DNA of 64,000 bases. Source: Paraspadella gotoi (taxonomy: Eukaryota; Animalia; Chaetognatha). The stretch spans positions 13,192,199 to 13,256,198 of the forward strand of contig CM119263.1 in assembly GCA_051294375.1 (NCBI GenBank), written 5' to 3'. Every line of letters starts with the position of its first letter. The stretch's first letter is position 1. The notes under the pieces are model-generated. The model worked only from the letters and a program-made list of their open reading frames with translations. It made no database searches and was not told the origin of the DNA. Below, piece by piece: positions 12,323-37,528 of this stretch. The translations under genes were made by a program, and so were the position numbers.

Positions 12323-13871
12323 CTCCTCTCTCTCTCTCTCCTCTCATCTCTCTCTCGCTTTTTCGCTTCGTTTGAGCCTCGTTTCCGCTTTGGTGGCCTC
12401 GGCGTTTGACATTCCGAGCGACTCTGCTGCCGCGGGCGCNNNNNNNNNNNNNNNNNNNNNNNNNNNNNNNNNNNNNNNNNNNNNNNNNNNNNNNNNNNNN
12501 NNNNNNNNNNNNNNNNNNNNNNNNNNNNNNNNNNNNNNNNNNNNNNNNNNNNNNNNNNNNNNNNNNNNNNNNNNNNNNNNNNNNNNNNNNNNNNTTTCCG
12601 TTGTTACTATGATGGTTAGCATTGTTGTTGTTGTCCTTCGCGAAAAGAGACGATGTTTTCTATGAGGCTTTGAGGACCAAGTTGTGAGACGTCTCAGAAT
12701 CTGAAATCAAATTTCGACATTCAAGTTTTAATGTAGCTTAAAAGCATTTAAGAAGTAAGTTAATTTAAAAACTGATTTTATAAAACCTAATTTTTGGTTT
12801 AAAGTTTTATCATTAACTTTGTTTTATTTAACGCACCTTTTATTTTCTTTTAAAGAAGCAAGATGAGTTTAGTTATGAGAACTGTGAGAATGACGACTAT
12901 TTCGCCACCATGAATTATGAATTATGTTCGCTGCAGAACAAAACAAATGCTTAAATTGAGTAAGAATTACAATTGGAATTTTTATTTACGGTTTTACTAT
13001 ATTTTAAATAAAGGCGAAATAACTTCAGTTTTTTTGACAAATCTTTAAAAATCTAGTTGAAAACTTAATGGCATAACATAGTATGCAACTATGAAATTAT
13101 TAAAAGCTTTAGTGAGACAGTTATTATTCTCTTTTATTTTATATAGTTTATTTTTCCTTTGTTTTCCTCTTTTTTCTGACAACTTACTGACTCTTCCAAA
13201 TCGTGGGGAAAAATGAGGAACAGAGTCAGAGAGAAAGGTACTTTTAAAATGCCGAAATAAAACATTAAAAACTAATAACTATAATTATTAAGAGTAATTG
13301 AAATGTGCTTGTTTGAGACACAGTGCTCGGAATATGAAATGAGAACTTTTTAAACCTCTATCATTATCATTATTGTTATTATTTTTAATGTAATGAGAAT
13401 AAATAACATTTGAATTACAATTTCTGACAATAGTCATCTCAGTGAACTCGATGCAAGTCGTAAAAAGGAAAAAGCATTTGGCACGATTTTCGGCCATAAA
13501 CAAATCCCTCACGTTCCTTCGATGGTCACAAGTCGACCATTTAAATCATTTTTTTTTTTGGAGGCGATATTCACTTACCTTATCCGCCGCCGCGTTGTTC
13601 TCCTCTGACGACGCCGCCCTTGGCCGCCCGAAAACCTTTACACCGCCCCGATCGCCGACGCCGCCTCAGCCGGTTTAGACGCCCCCCGCCGCGGCACCCA
13701 GAGGCCTAAAACCCGTGGAGGCGAAAATTCAAAGGCGCCTCACGATTTTTAAAAATTTGATTTACATCCGGGCACCGCCACGGAGCCGCGCGGCGAGGCG
13801 CGGAGCGAGAAATCTCTTCCGTCTGAAGTCCATTAACACCAGATGGCACCTGGCCCGAAAACATGGCGGCC

Positions 13872-14613
13872 AACGACGACGAAGACGACGACGACGAAGA
13901 AGAAGAAGAACAAGAAGGAGAAGAAGAAGAAGACGACGATGACGAAGAAATTTGGGAAAAAGCCGTCGTAGGACGCCGGTGTTATGCCTGGAAAATATAG
14001 GGAGGAGGAGGAGGAGGAGGAAGAGGATGAGGAAGAGGAGGAGCAGGAGGAGGAGGAAGGAATCTCCAGAAACGATGAGAAGAGCGAGGAAAGAGAGTGG
14101 AAGGAAAAAGAGGAATGTGAAAAGGAGGAGGATGAAGAAGAGGAGGAGGAAGGGAGGAACGACGACGACGACGACGACGACGAACTCGGGGCCCCGAAAG
14201 AGACAACAAAGATGACGACAACAAAGAATGACTCTGCCTACGACGCTGACTACGACGACGACGACCGGGCGTATCACGGAGACGAACACGACGACGACGA
14301 CGACGACGACGGCGCCAATCGCGCAAAAAAATTCCAGCGCCACCGGAAACGAAGTTCCGCGCGAGGAGAAGTTCAAGTCCCCGGATGGAGGAAAGGAAAT
14401 GAGGAAGGGGAGGAGGAGGAGGAAAGAGAAGAAGAGATGGACGAGGAAGAAGGAGAGAAGGAAAGAAAGAAAGAAAGAAAGAGAAATAGGGGAGGAAAGA
14501 TGATAGGAGAGGGAGAAAAAAATTTAAAGAAACATGAGGAGAAAAAAAAAGACGCGGGGAAAGATGGGGATGATTTAGAAAAAAAAGAAGCGAGAGAGAG
14601 AGAGAAACGTTGA
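13872..14613 (+). repeat. Purine-rich trinucleotide low-complexity region (GAA/GAG/GAC) giving a 209-aa acidic ORF of doubtful reality
   Basis: Runs of GAG, GAC and GAA. The lack of T explains the lack of stops, and overlapping long ORFs occur in several frames. Confidence 0.8.
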
Positions 14614-15179
14614 GATGAGAGGAGAAACAGTTAATTCATCGTAATTCGTCGAAATGATGACCAATCACGAAACGGAACGAACGTCGACTTTCGACGGAGA
14701 ATTATGACTTGGGCCGAAAAACGGCCCGTTTTTGATTTTGTAAACTAAGGTAACCAGATGGCGCTATACAAAAACGATTTTTTTAAGCGGGTGTTAAAAA
14801 ATACATATATTTACATGAGCGACCTTACCGCTAGCATCAATTTCCTGCCGTATAACCGTATTCACCTTACCCTACCCGTTTCCGTTAAACCCCTTCTCTC
14901 CCTTACCTCCTCGCTTCAAACGTATTTTCGTCGTTTTGAATCAAAGAATCGTTAATAAAGACGTTTATCGAAATACGCGACGTTTTTGGAGTGGAGAGAC
15001 AAAGTCTGAAGACGACCCCCCGGATCGGGGGTCGCGAGACCGGACGCGTCGCCGTGGCGACGATCACGCCCACTTCCGGACGCACACTTCCGGTTTCGCG
15101 GTGGCGGACAATGGCCGAGCAAGCTCGCGGGCAGTTGTCGAGGGGGGCGGGAGAACACGGAGTTGCCTTGTTTCGAATC

Positions 15180-15267
<88 letters not shown>

Positions 15268-16216
15268 GACCGCCTCCTACGTCACTTCCACCTTGTATGT
15301 TTTTCCTCATGCATAATTCCATTCTTTTTTTCCCCTTTTTCTTCTGCTTTTCTTCTTTCTTCTTTCAACTTCTTCTTTCTTTCGTCCTTCCTTCCTCTTT
15401 CTTTATTTCTTTCTATTTCATCGATACTTTGTATAATTTTTTCTATCGTTCCTCTTTCACTAGTTACAATCTTCTCTTTTCAGTTTTCCTTCCTGCTCCA
15501 CCCAGTTTTCTTTTCTTTCTCTCTTTTCCTTTCTCTCCCTCACTCTCACTCCTTTCCCGCCCGGTCTTTCTCCACTTAATGCTGCTAAAAATAGCTGCGA
15601 AAAGCCTCGGAAATTCTCGCGCCCACCGCCGAAGCCTCGCGCGTTTCGGGGCCTCGAAGCCTCGATGGGCCGAGGGGGCGTAGGCTGGAGGGAGCCGCGG
15701 GGGCCGTGTGGGGTCACCCGGAGCGGCGAACCCGGGGAGCCTGGAGGTCTGGAGCGGGGAGGAGGACTGGTATTGTGGGGGGGGGGGGTGGCAGATGTGG
15801 TAGTTTTCAGGACGAGCGTAGGAGCGGGGCCGTCGCTTCTGAATCAGACTCAATCATCGCCTCAATAATCGAATGATTTCGCGAGAAACGGTAAACACGG
15901 TTTTCCTAACCACAATCACCTGTTAAGTTGCCTTTCTTTCTCCCGCCATTCCCGCCATTCTTCGGGATCAACTCGAAATATTTTTCTTTCGAAGGTTTAT
16001 TTTAGTTTTATGATCTGATAGTGGTTTCATGACGTTACGTTTATTCGTTTGTTCTCAATCTCATTTTGTTTTATCTCTTGTATTCAACTTATAGACTGAC
16101 CCTAAGCATGATCATTGCAGCTTACAGATTTTCGAGAAATTCTTGACAAATGATAATATCCTACTCACATAAGAGCCAAGGCGACCTTCATTCGTTATTC
16201 TCTGTTTAATTACTCA

Positions 16217-16282
<66 letters not shown>

Positions 16283-17105
16283 CTCTCTCATTCTCCCTTT
16301 CCACTCTTTCGTCGCACTCCTTTCGGCTTAATGTTCACTTTGCCGAATTTTGCTCATTTTATTTTTCGTTTGAGTTTCTTTCTTTTTTTTTTCTCCCTCT
16401 CTCTGTCTCACTCTTTCTCCTGGCGCCTCACCACGCGGCTCCCCCAACCCACCCGCCCGCTATCCCTCTCCTTCCGACGCCGGTCGGCGGTGGCTTCTTT
16501 TAGGCTTCTTTTGGCTCGAGGTTGCCTTAATTTTTCTCTCCATTAACAAATTTTGGCTAATGACTTTGTCGTCGTCTTCGTCGTCCTCGGCGTCGTTCTT
16601 TGGTCGGCGTCGGGCCGGCGGCGCTCCCAGTGTCTTAGACAGACGCCGGCCGGGTTTTTCCTCGGCGACGCCGGTTTTTACTTCCGGAGCCGGTTCGGGT
16701 TTTCGGGGCCACGGGTTTCGCGGCGCCGGCCGCCGCCACCAACGCCCGATTTTGTCATTTCACGTCACGGTGGCGACGTCGGCGACGACGTTGAGGACGA
16801 CGGCGACGACGACGACGACAACGACGACTTTCGTGTCAAATCCATGATCAGAATTTTTAGCCTCTTCATTTTCTTTTCTTCCAAAGTTTTTTTTTTTTTG
16901 AAATTTTTTTTACCTTGTCTGACGTTGGCGGGCGCTTGAATTATTTCACAACTCTTTTTTTTATTCTGATTTTTTTTTTTTGCTGAGGTTTCCTTCGGAA
17001 TTTAAAACGGTAAACAAAACTAAATAAACGTCTTACATTTTCATAACTTGGAAAGCCTCGTTTACGGGACAAAAGTGAAAAAAATTTAGAAGACTTTAGC
17101 TAAAT

Positions 17106-17232
17106 ATGTCGTCTATGCCATCTGTGCCATCGATTTCAGCAGTCCCATCGATGCCGTCTATGCGGTCATTGCCATCCTTGTCTTCGAATCCCGCAATGCC
17201 ATCCATGCCATCGATGCCATCGATGCCATCTG
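17106..17232. repeat. Degenerate 9-bp tandem repeat (ATGCCATCG-like), ~13 units
   Basis: 9-bp periodicity ATGCCATCT/ATGCCGTCT/ATGCCATCC/ATGCCATCG. Confidence 0.85.
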
Positions 17233-18266
17233 CTAAAAGGCGAAAAGGGTTCGGGTTTTGTGTTCTAGCGATTCCCTCAAAAGATCCGCCTAATGATCCG
17301 CCGCATTATGGTTAACCTTTGTCAGATATTCCCGCAAAAGCCCCAGAGGCGAATACCTCTTCCCTCCCCCCCCACCTCCGCTCGGCGAACGGCCCTTGAG
17401 GAGTTCCGAGGCGAAGAGGTTGAAAAGAAAAGAAAGGAGGAAAAGAAAAGTGAGCGAGTGAGAGAGGTGAGAATAGAGAGGATAAAGAAATAAAAAAGAT
17501 ATGGCGAAAAAGGAAAAGAGAGGAAGTGGATTTTCTAGAGAGAAAAGGAAAATATGGAGAAAAAAAAACCAAAATCAGAAAAAAAGGAACAGATGGAGAT
17601 GAAAAGTTACTAGAAAACGCGTGACAATTTTAAGACAGTAGAGCAGAGAGGATGTGAAAGAAACATAAAAAGTGCCATCTTTGAAACCTATAAAATCTTA
17701 TAGTATACCCATAAGGTTCTTAATGTGGTAGGACAGCAAAATCAGATCAAGGCAGGTTTTTTTTTAAATGCTAATTAAAGTTTTTTTTTAATTTTGTATA
17801 AAAAAAAATTTAGTAGTTTTTGTTACTATGTTTACAATAATTCTATATATCTATCATTATTTACCAGGCCTAAGCTTAAATTTGAGACCTCTCCTACTTT
17901 TTAGAATTTTTCGTCCATGAATTATTAATAAAAATTAAAATTTTTATTAAAAAAGATTAATCAATTAGTCTTCTGAAGGGATTTTTTTTAAAATGAACTT
18001 AATAACAAATCTTTGGAGAAATTAGTAGAGAAAATTTGGAGAGCGAATATGCCTGAGATTGATTGTGGCCAAATATGAAAAAAATTATGTTTCATTACTC
18101 AGAAATATATTTTTGTCACAAAAACCTATTGCCTAAGTTGTGAGATACGAAGAAAATCGTCCAAAGAAAAACGAAACTTTCCTCGACTCATAAACCGAAG
18201 AAAACGAACAAAAACATGTAGAGACGAATTAGTGTGGGATGCGACTGATGAGGTCGCAGTCAAAAA

Positions 18267-18321
<55 letters not shown>

Positions 18322-18373
18322 TTCCCTTTTTCGTTTTCAAGCTCTTTCCTACGTTCTTTTCTACCATATTTGT

Positions 18374-18489
<116 letters not shown>

Positions 18490-19397
18490 GTCTCTCTCTC
18501 AACTCTCTCTCTCCCTCTCCGCTAATTTCGGCGCCAACGAAATTCAGCGCTAAATGACAGTGTTAATCAAAGATGATTAATTTTGCTTCTCATTAAACGG
18601 GATAATTTGCCCCGGCGGCGAGGCGGCCGAAATGATAGAGAGAGAGACGAAATTTGAAAAAGTCTAAATTACTGAATGGCTGATGAGATCAAACGACGAA
18701 GGAAGGGAAGAAGAAAAAATCATTGGGGCCGTTGAGAGCTTTTTAATTTTTTAGAAAGTGAAATAAATTTCTTTAATGAAAAAGAAGACTGTCAACGCAG
18801 AATTTAGCAATTTTTTTAAAAAATGTATCATTATTACTCAATAGGGGGGAAGGGACAAGTCGATGCTCGGGGACAATATAAAAATTCACCTTCGACCCGA
18901 AAGTTAGTGTTTTGGGGACAGTTAGTCGGTCGCGTGATCTTTCGTCGAGCAATCGCTGGTTTTATCTTCTTCACGATTGGTATTCATGTCAAGTAACGAA
19001 TACAGAGTCTCAGGCCGACCTTTAAAATGATCTAAGATCCTCGATCCTCGATTTCTCGCTACCTCACAGTCGAGTTCCTTCCCCTCTATTTTCCCGCTAA
19101 ACATATTTGTCATTTTTCGCTAATCGATCCGACCTGTTTAGCCACAACAGCGCCGAATCTCCGACCACGACTTTCCCTCGCCACAGCCCCGACCCTTCAC
19201 CCCGTCCGCAAAGGGGTCGGTCACACCCCATTTGCACCCCTGACTCTCCCGTCGTCCCCTGACGACGCGCGACGGTGATTAGCGCGAGGACGAGGCACCA
19301 AATTAGCGTCATAACCGGTTAACCTCCACGGCTCCTCTGTCTATATCTCTTTCTGTTTCTTTCTCTATTTCTTTCTTTCTTTTCTTTTCTTTTCTTT

Positions 19398-19501
<104 letters not shown>

Positions 19502-19729
19502 TTCTTTCTTTATTTCTTTCTTTTCTTTCTTTATTTCTTTCTTTTCTTTCTTTATTTCTTTCTTTTCTTTTCATTTCTTTTCTTTTCTTTTTCAGTCTAT
19601 ATCCAACCACCCTTCCTATTCGCGCGGGAGGAGAGAGGTATCGCCACCGAAAAGTGGGACATGGGGGAGGCTATAGAGGAAGGGGGACGGGTTAAACTGA
19701 TCCCGCGCGGGCAGTTCACTGCCAGGGGT

Positions 19730-30248
<10,519 letters not shown>

Positions 30249-30289
30249 NNNNNNNNNNNNNNNNNNNNNNNNNCATGGCATGCTCTCCG

Positions 30290-30720
30290 TCCCTCTCCTC
30301 TCCTCTCCTCTCTCTCTCTCTCCTCTCTCTCTCCTCTAATTTCCTCTGCTGACAAACAACTTCGAGTTGCAAAAACCTTCGGTTTCTGTCAGCGTTTCGT
30401 TACTTAACGAAACAAAAAGAAAGAAGGAAAAAAGAGGAAAAAAGGCATTTGTTGACGCCGCCAACGCCGTCGGCGGTGGATGAAAGTTGAAAAACTTGGG
30501 GAAAAAGAGATAAATTTGGCAGGCACGACATGAAGAGACCGAGAGAGAAGACAGAGAGAGAGACGACGATACAAAGAGAGGAGCGAGAGGACGAAGTTGT
30601 CTATGGCGCGACGGCCGAGGGGGGAGAGTTAGAGAGAGAGGGACGACAGGAGAGGAGGGCAGGGAGTGAAGTCTTACGGAGCCCGGGGGTGAAATAGGGT
30701 AAGAGAGGTTATCAAGAAAA
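30290..30720 (+). repeat. Second noisy direct copy of the palindrome loop sequence (~26300-26700)
   Basis: CTCTAATTTCCTCTG...GGTTTCTGTCAGCGTTT...GGTGGATGAAAGTTGAAAAACTTGGGG occurs at ~26341-26500 and ~30333-30500. Confidence 0.88.
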
Positions 30721-31508
30721 ATGACGGAAGGGAAAGAACCGAGAAGAGGAGAGTTGAAAGAAGAAAAAGAGGAAGAGGGAGAGAGAGAGAGAGAGAGAGA
30801 AATAGTAGTTTTCCCGAGTCACAGATTCGCCTTTGCATCCGCCAGTCTCCCGCATCAGACGCTCGAACCGCTCGTGATAAACCCTATAATTTCGTCTTTT
30901 TATTTCTGCGATTAAGTGTCACTCTCCTAGCAGTTGTGCAAAAAGCTAAAACTCAATTTAAATATGTATAAAAGATGTCGCAAATACGTTTTTAAACTTA
31001 GAATCCATGAATTTATATTTCGAATTGCGAGACGTGGATTTGGTTGACTCATAAATAATAAGGGAATCATTGAAGAATTTTTCTACCAACATTCAAATTT
31101 ACGGAGAATCTTTTTGTTATTTCTAAACAATCCAAAGTAATTGTAGTAAGAAACTCTTTATTTGAAACGTTTTAAAACTGAAAAATGGCAAATGACAACA
31201 TCGGCTTTAAACGGTGGACATGAGCGCCAAACGAAATAGGTCTATCGTCATTTTCGCAACGTAATCTCAACATTGTAGACTTCGCTTTTTCTCCGTTTTA
31301 TTCTTCGTCTTTCATCGTCTTCGTCGTATTCGTCGTCATCGTCTTCGTCGTCGTCCCTCGCGCCATCTTTCTCGTCATCCTCCCCTCCTAACGTTGCCAC
31401 TCCCCAGGGGTCGTTATCGGCTCATTTTCCCGTCACCTCGGGGACGCTTTTCTCCTTTTCTCCAAGAAAAATCTTTCTTCTTTTCTTTTTTTGAATTTTT
31501 CTTCTCTC

Positions 31509-31650
<142 letters not shown>

Positions 31651-32619
31651 AGTAGAGAAATCATTAAAATCCGCGGCATTCTTCCTCCATTCTTTTTTTT
31701 TTCCTTAAAAGCCACAGCAAGGAGGCGAAAGGGGGGGGTGAGTTAGAGTGATGGTGAGTAAGAAGCTGGTAAGTCTGGAGAGGAGGATTAACGGTGGAGG
31801 GACACGAGTCGATGCAGCGTAGGACGAAGAAAAGGGGGGGAAGTGAGGATCGAAACCGGAAGTGGACGTCGCGACGTTACATCATCGCCGACGATGGCGC
31901 TATAGACGCCATCGCCTGGCAAAGACGAATCTTCCGGGCTCATGATCTCGGAGAAAGAGGGAGGAAGGAAGGCATGGAGGAATGGTGTAAGAGAGCAAGG
32001 ATGGAAGAGTAAGGTTTAGGATAAAATAAGGAGAAGACACGGCTGAACATGTGTGAACATTGCTGTGAACAATGCTGCATGGGAACAGGAGAGCGTGGTT
32101 TGAGCGTAGAAATTTTAGCCAGTTAAATATAAATGCGAGTATGAGTCTTGATCAGTTAAATTTAGGTTTAGTACAGGAAAGGAGAATCGGCAAAGGAAAG
32201 ATATCCAAAGAAAAGAAAAAACCTTTATATACAAAAGAAAAACAGTTTTGAGAATGGGAGGATTAAATATGGTCAGAAACCTGTACAAAATATCATCTTT
32301 ATATTAAAAATAAAATTATCAATTAAGAACGGCTAAAATATAAACGGCATAGGCGGGTTACGTCAGTCGCCTCATTTAAAATACTTGGTTTTTGTTTGGT
32401 TGCTAGCCAGTTGCTAAGCATTTTAGATTGACAGATTCAATGGATCGGAGGCGGAAACGAAAATTTAAACTTTTAAATACGTACTCGACAACAATGACAG
32501 ATGATTGTTTCTTTGTTTCTTTGTTTTTTTATATTTCTTTCGCTCTTTCTTTCTTTTCCTCTTTCGTTCTTTCGTTCTTTCCTTCTTTCGCTCTTTCTTT
32601 CTTTCTTTCTTTCTTTCAT

Positions 32620-32702
<83 letters not shown>

Positions 32703-34475
32703 CTATTTTTATTTCTTCGTACTTTCTTTCATTTTTTCTTTCTTTTTTATTTTCTTTTGTCCTCTCTTATATTTTTCTCTTTCCGAAATTCTTTTGTCCC
32801 CCGATTTCTGCGACTTGAAGTCGCGCTTCCAAAAAGTGGGCGTGTCCACCGGAAATGGGCTGGAACCGGAACGAGGGTTGTGGATGAGACGAGGAGCGCG
32901 ACGGGGTCATGTTTAGTGTCGAAATCAAAGTAAGAGTCGATGATCCAAGGAAAGAGGAAGGGAAGGTAGGGAGCGAGGAAAGAAGAACAAAAGTACGTAG
33001 TAAGTTAATTAAAAAGCGTGGGGTGATTATCTACCTGTAAGCCAGTGAAGTGTGTAAGCGGGAGAGAGAGAGAAGAGAGATGAGAGAGAGAGAGAGAAGA
33101 GAGATGAGAGAGAAGTAGAGAGAGATGAATGAGAGAAGAAAGAGAGAGAGAAGTGAGAAGAGAGAAGAGAGTTAGAGAGAGAGAGAGAGAGAGTAAGAGA
33201 AGAGAGAGAGAGAGAAGAGAGGAAGAGAGGAGAGAGAAGAGAGATAGCAGAAGAGAGGAGAGAAGAGAGAGAGACAGAGAGAGAGAAAGAGAGAGATTGA
33301 GAAAGAGAGGTCACGATCCATTTTTTTCTCTCTTTTTTCTTCTCTCGTTTTCTTTCCTCTCTTCGAAGAAAGAAAAAGTTGAAGTTGAAATTTATGCCAA
33401 ATTCTGGCTCGAAGGTGGCGCGGGGGGCAGCGCCGGAAAAAATTTGCATGACGCCGCCGCCGTCCTCGTCGTCGGCGGCGGCGCTGCTCGTTTGCAGTTA
33501 TGGAGGCGTCACCAAACCGTGGCGAAGGATGGAGGGCGCCGCCAGCGACGCCGATGACGTCGATGACGCCGCCCGCCGCCGACGCCGCCGCCGCCGACGC
33601 TTCGAAATGGAGGAAGAGAAAAATATTTTCTTTCTTTTTCGTTCTTCTTTGGGAGAAGGGGTGGCGGCGGAAGGATGTTAAGACGAGGAGGTGGCAAATG
33701 ATGGCAAAGATGCTGGCGACGAAAGGTGAGTGGCAACGGAAATGCCAGCATGCTGAGGGCTGAAGCGATGGCCGGAAAAGCGGACACCGAGGGCGACGAT
33801 CGGTCACCAGCATATGCTTCTCTCTCGGACAAAGTATTTGGGAGTGAGGGAGGCTAATCTCCCTCGGTGATGCTCGAGAGTCTCGAAGAGGCCGGTGGCG
33901 GGGGAGGGCCTGAATAGGGCGGACCGCGTGGGTGCCGAAGGAGAAAACTTCTTTTCCCTTTTCTTTCTTTTTTTTTTTTAAAGAAAAAAAATTTTTTAAA
34001 GAACATTAGCGTCGTTGGGAAGGGAAGTAGGTGCGTTGATGGATTGGAGGAACCTTTCAGATTCTCTCCCTCAAATTTCTCGAAAAAAAAAACTCTTCCA
34101 AAAAAAAAACCAAACCAAATTCCAAGCTTAAAGTTTTCTTCAAAACAAATCGAACGAGTTGGAAACACTGTATGACAACATCTTGAAACTTTCGTTCTTA
34201 CTTTTCGTAATGCGCACTTTAAAAGCAATCTTTTACGTCGGCCGTTATATTTTTGTCTAACGGTGAATAAAGACGTCACGTTGCTCTCTCTCTTCACTTC
34301 CTTCTCACTTCGTCTCGCTATCTCTCTCTTTCTCTTACTGCGACAGAAATCATCGAAAAAAGAATTCGAAGAGCGTAATGCGATTTGCATATTGTAGATG
34401 CGATTCGCCTGTGACGCCATTTTTTGTCCCCGGTTTTTCTCGCTTTTGAAATTCCGTGTTCGAAACGCCGAGCGT

Positions 34476-34597
<122 letters not shown>

Positions 34598-35764
34598 CTT
34601 TTCGCAGGGTCGGTCCACGCCCTTCTTTGTTTGGGTGATCGTAGAGGGTTGAGAAGCAGGAAAGGCATTAGCCGGAGGGTCCTTCCCTGGGTGCCGCGGA
34701 AGCGCGTCTCGCAAAATCGGGCATGATTCTGAATTAGCATTTTGATGCTTTCTCGAATAAAAATAACTTTAATTTGAAATATTTATAACTATCCAGAGTA
34801 AGTAAATATTCAAAATTAGGTTTCAGCCCTCGATTATAATGAAAAAAAAAATTCGATTTTGCTTTATTGCCTTTAACGGATATGAATCTCTTTCGATCGG
34901 ACACGATCCACCATTGACGAGACGTCAAATCTCATAAGAAAGAGTAAGTAGATAGAGATAGAGTAAATAGAGTTAGTAGATAATACAAAGAGATAGAAAC
35001 TCCCCGAAACATTATACTGTTCTGCGGAGAAGTCGATTTTTTCGTCTTCTGACTATCGTCCTACCCTCTTGCCGGTCGTCCGAAATTTACAATTTTCAAT
35101 TAACGAAGTCCCTTTTAGAAAAGTCTCAGTCCCTCTTAGTTGACAGCGCCGAAATCTTGCCCAGCGGTTCGTCCTTCTTCAGATCGCAAAATCTTAAACG
35201 CTTTTCCAAAAAAATCATCCCTCCTCGCCCTTCCGTCGTCTACTTGTCCCACCCCAAAAAACGCCCACTCTCCTCGCCATCGCTGCCATCCTCCAACTCT
35301 CCAGCCCCACCCAAAACCCACGCCCCCTCCCCAGGTTCCCCCCCACGACGACCCCGTGGCAACCTCCATGACATTTTTCTTTGGTTCGACGACAGCCATG
35401 GAAAGCGTCCTTTGCATGATGACGAATTCGTGGACGATGACGACGACGACGACGACGACATCGAAAACAACAACGATCGATCGAGACGATAACGTCAACA
35501 AATCTGCAATGCCATCTCTCGTTACGCGAACAACTCGTATAGACGAGTATGACGGAAGGAATGGAGGAGGATGAAAAAAAGAAAGAAGGAAGGAAGAAAG
35601 AATGAAAAACAGAATAAAAATAGAAAAAGGTAATTACGAAACAAAGATTTTTTGCCGTTAGACCCTCCAAACTCATACCACCACCCACTCAAGTCTCACT
35701 ACGCTGCTTCTAAAAAAATTACCTCTCCCACTCTCTCTCNNNNNNNNNNNNNNNNNNNNNNNNN

Positions 35765-35814
<50 letters not shown>

Positions 35815-35822
<8 letters not shown>

Positions 35823-37528
35823 TTCTTCACCTGAGTTGGTCCCAAAAAATCGGCCCACGGTTCACCTCACGAGTCTCTGCCTTCAAATTACTTTCCACTT
35901 TTCATTTTTCAAATCTTTTTCTCAAAAGCTTCAACTTCATCATTGCAAACTGCGTCGGCAACATGATCAGTTAAATCAACTTCGTCGTCGTCGTCTTCGT
36001 CGTTGTCGTCGTCCTCATCGTCGCGGTTGTTTCACGCCAAAAACATCGGTATAGCGAAATACCGAGTACATTATTTCTACTTGCTAATGAAAATTATCAA
36101 CGCTTAATAAAAAAGATACTATGCTATTTAGCGAAGTTCTAGAAAATTTACATGGTCCAAGTGATATGTACAAGTTTTTCGATTAACGCCTTTACAGAAA
36201 GCTGATTTAGAAGAGTTAAACCATTCAAGAACTTTTACGAGGATACCTGGTAAACTGCCCAATTTTATTAACACATATCTTCGCCCCACCCGGTATTTCG
36301 CGATACAAATTCGCGGGGTCTCCTCACCATCGGAATCTCCGACAACGTACCCCTCATCTCCGCCCCCCCCCCGGCTCCTTCTTTTCCTTTTAGCCGAAAA
36401 GAGAAGATTCCTTGTTATCGTCTCTCCGCCGCTGATGACCGGGCTTCGGCGTTGACAGGAGGGGATGAAGGCGGCTGTTACGGCAGCGACGGTGACGGCG
36501 ATGACGGCGGTGACGGGCGGCCTTTACCTCGTCTACATTTCCATAATCATTAATCCTTCTTAGTCGTTTTTATCGCGTTTCCAACGGAAAAGGACGATTC
36601 GTCAGTCGAGACTCCATCCAGTCAACAGTCAACAGTTTTTAAGCGATGTTAATTTGAAAAAAGAATTTTTTATTTCTAAAACTTCTCTCTCTCTTTCTCT
36701 CACCTGAGTTGGTCCCAAAAATCGGCCCACGGTTCACCTCACGAGTCTCTGCCTTCAAATTACTTTCCACTTTTCATTTTTCAAAGCTTCTTCTCATGCA
36801 AACTGCGTCGGCAACATGATCAGTTAAATCAACTTCGTCGTCGTCGTCTTCGTCGTTGTCGTCGTCCTCATCGTCGCGGTTGTTTCACGCCAAAACATCG
36901 GTATAGCGAAATACCGAGTACATTATTTCTATATGCGAATGAAAATTATAACGTTAATAAAAAAGATACTATGCTATTTGAGCGAAGTTCTAGAAAATTT
37001 ACAATGGTCCAAGTGATGATGTACAAGTTTTTCGATTAACGCCTTTACAGAAAGCTGATTTAGAAGAGTAAACCATTCAAGAACTTCTACGAGGATACCT
37101 GGTAAACTGCCCAATTTTTATTAACACATATCTCGCCCCACCCGGTATTTCGCGATACAAATTCGCGGGTCTCCTCACCATCGGAATCTCCGACAACCGC
37201 TCCCTCATCTCCGCCCCCCCCCCCGGCTCCTTCTTTTCCTTTTAGCCGAAAGAGAAGATTCCTTGTTATCGTCTCTCCGCCGCTGATGACCGGCTTCGGC
37301 GTTGACAGGAGGGGATGAAGGCGGCTGTGACGGCAGCGACGGTGACGGCGATGACGGCGGTGACGGGCGCCTTTACCTCGTCTACATTTCCATAATCATA
37401 ATCCTTCTTAGTCGTTTTTATCGCGTTTCCAACGGAAAAGACGATTCGTCAGTCGAGACTCCATCCAGTCAACAGTCAACAGTTTTTAAGCGATGTTAAT
37501 TTGAAAAAGAATTTTTTATTTCTAAACT
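35815..37528 (+). repeat. ~0.85-kb tandem direct duplication (35815-36682 / 36683-37528)
   Basis: CACCTGAGTTGGTCCCAAAAA at 35828 and 36701. Both copies end in GAATTTTTTATTTCTAAA. Differences are mostly 1-bp indels, and the block follows a 25-N gap. Confidence 0.93.

Noticed and set aside
13984-14613. 209-aa acidic ORF resembling a nucleolin/prothymosin-like protein
   Set aside because: It is T-poor trinucleotide sequence open in several frames, with no domain. Similar GAC/GAG tracts occur throughout the window.
18241-18262. CTGATGA core resembling a hammerhead ribozyme (also ~18680, 36432)
   Set aside because: No stem II followed by GAAA and no cleavage-site helices.
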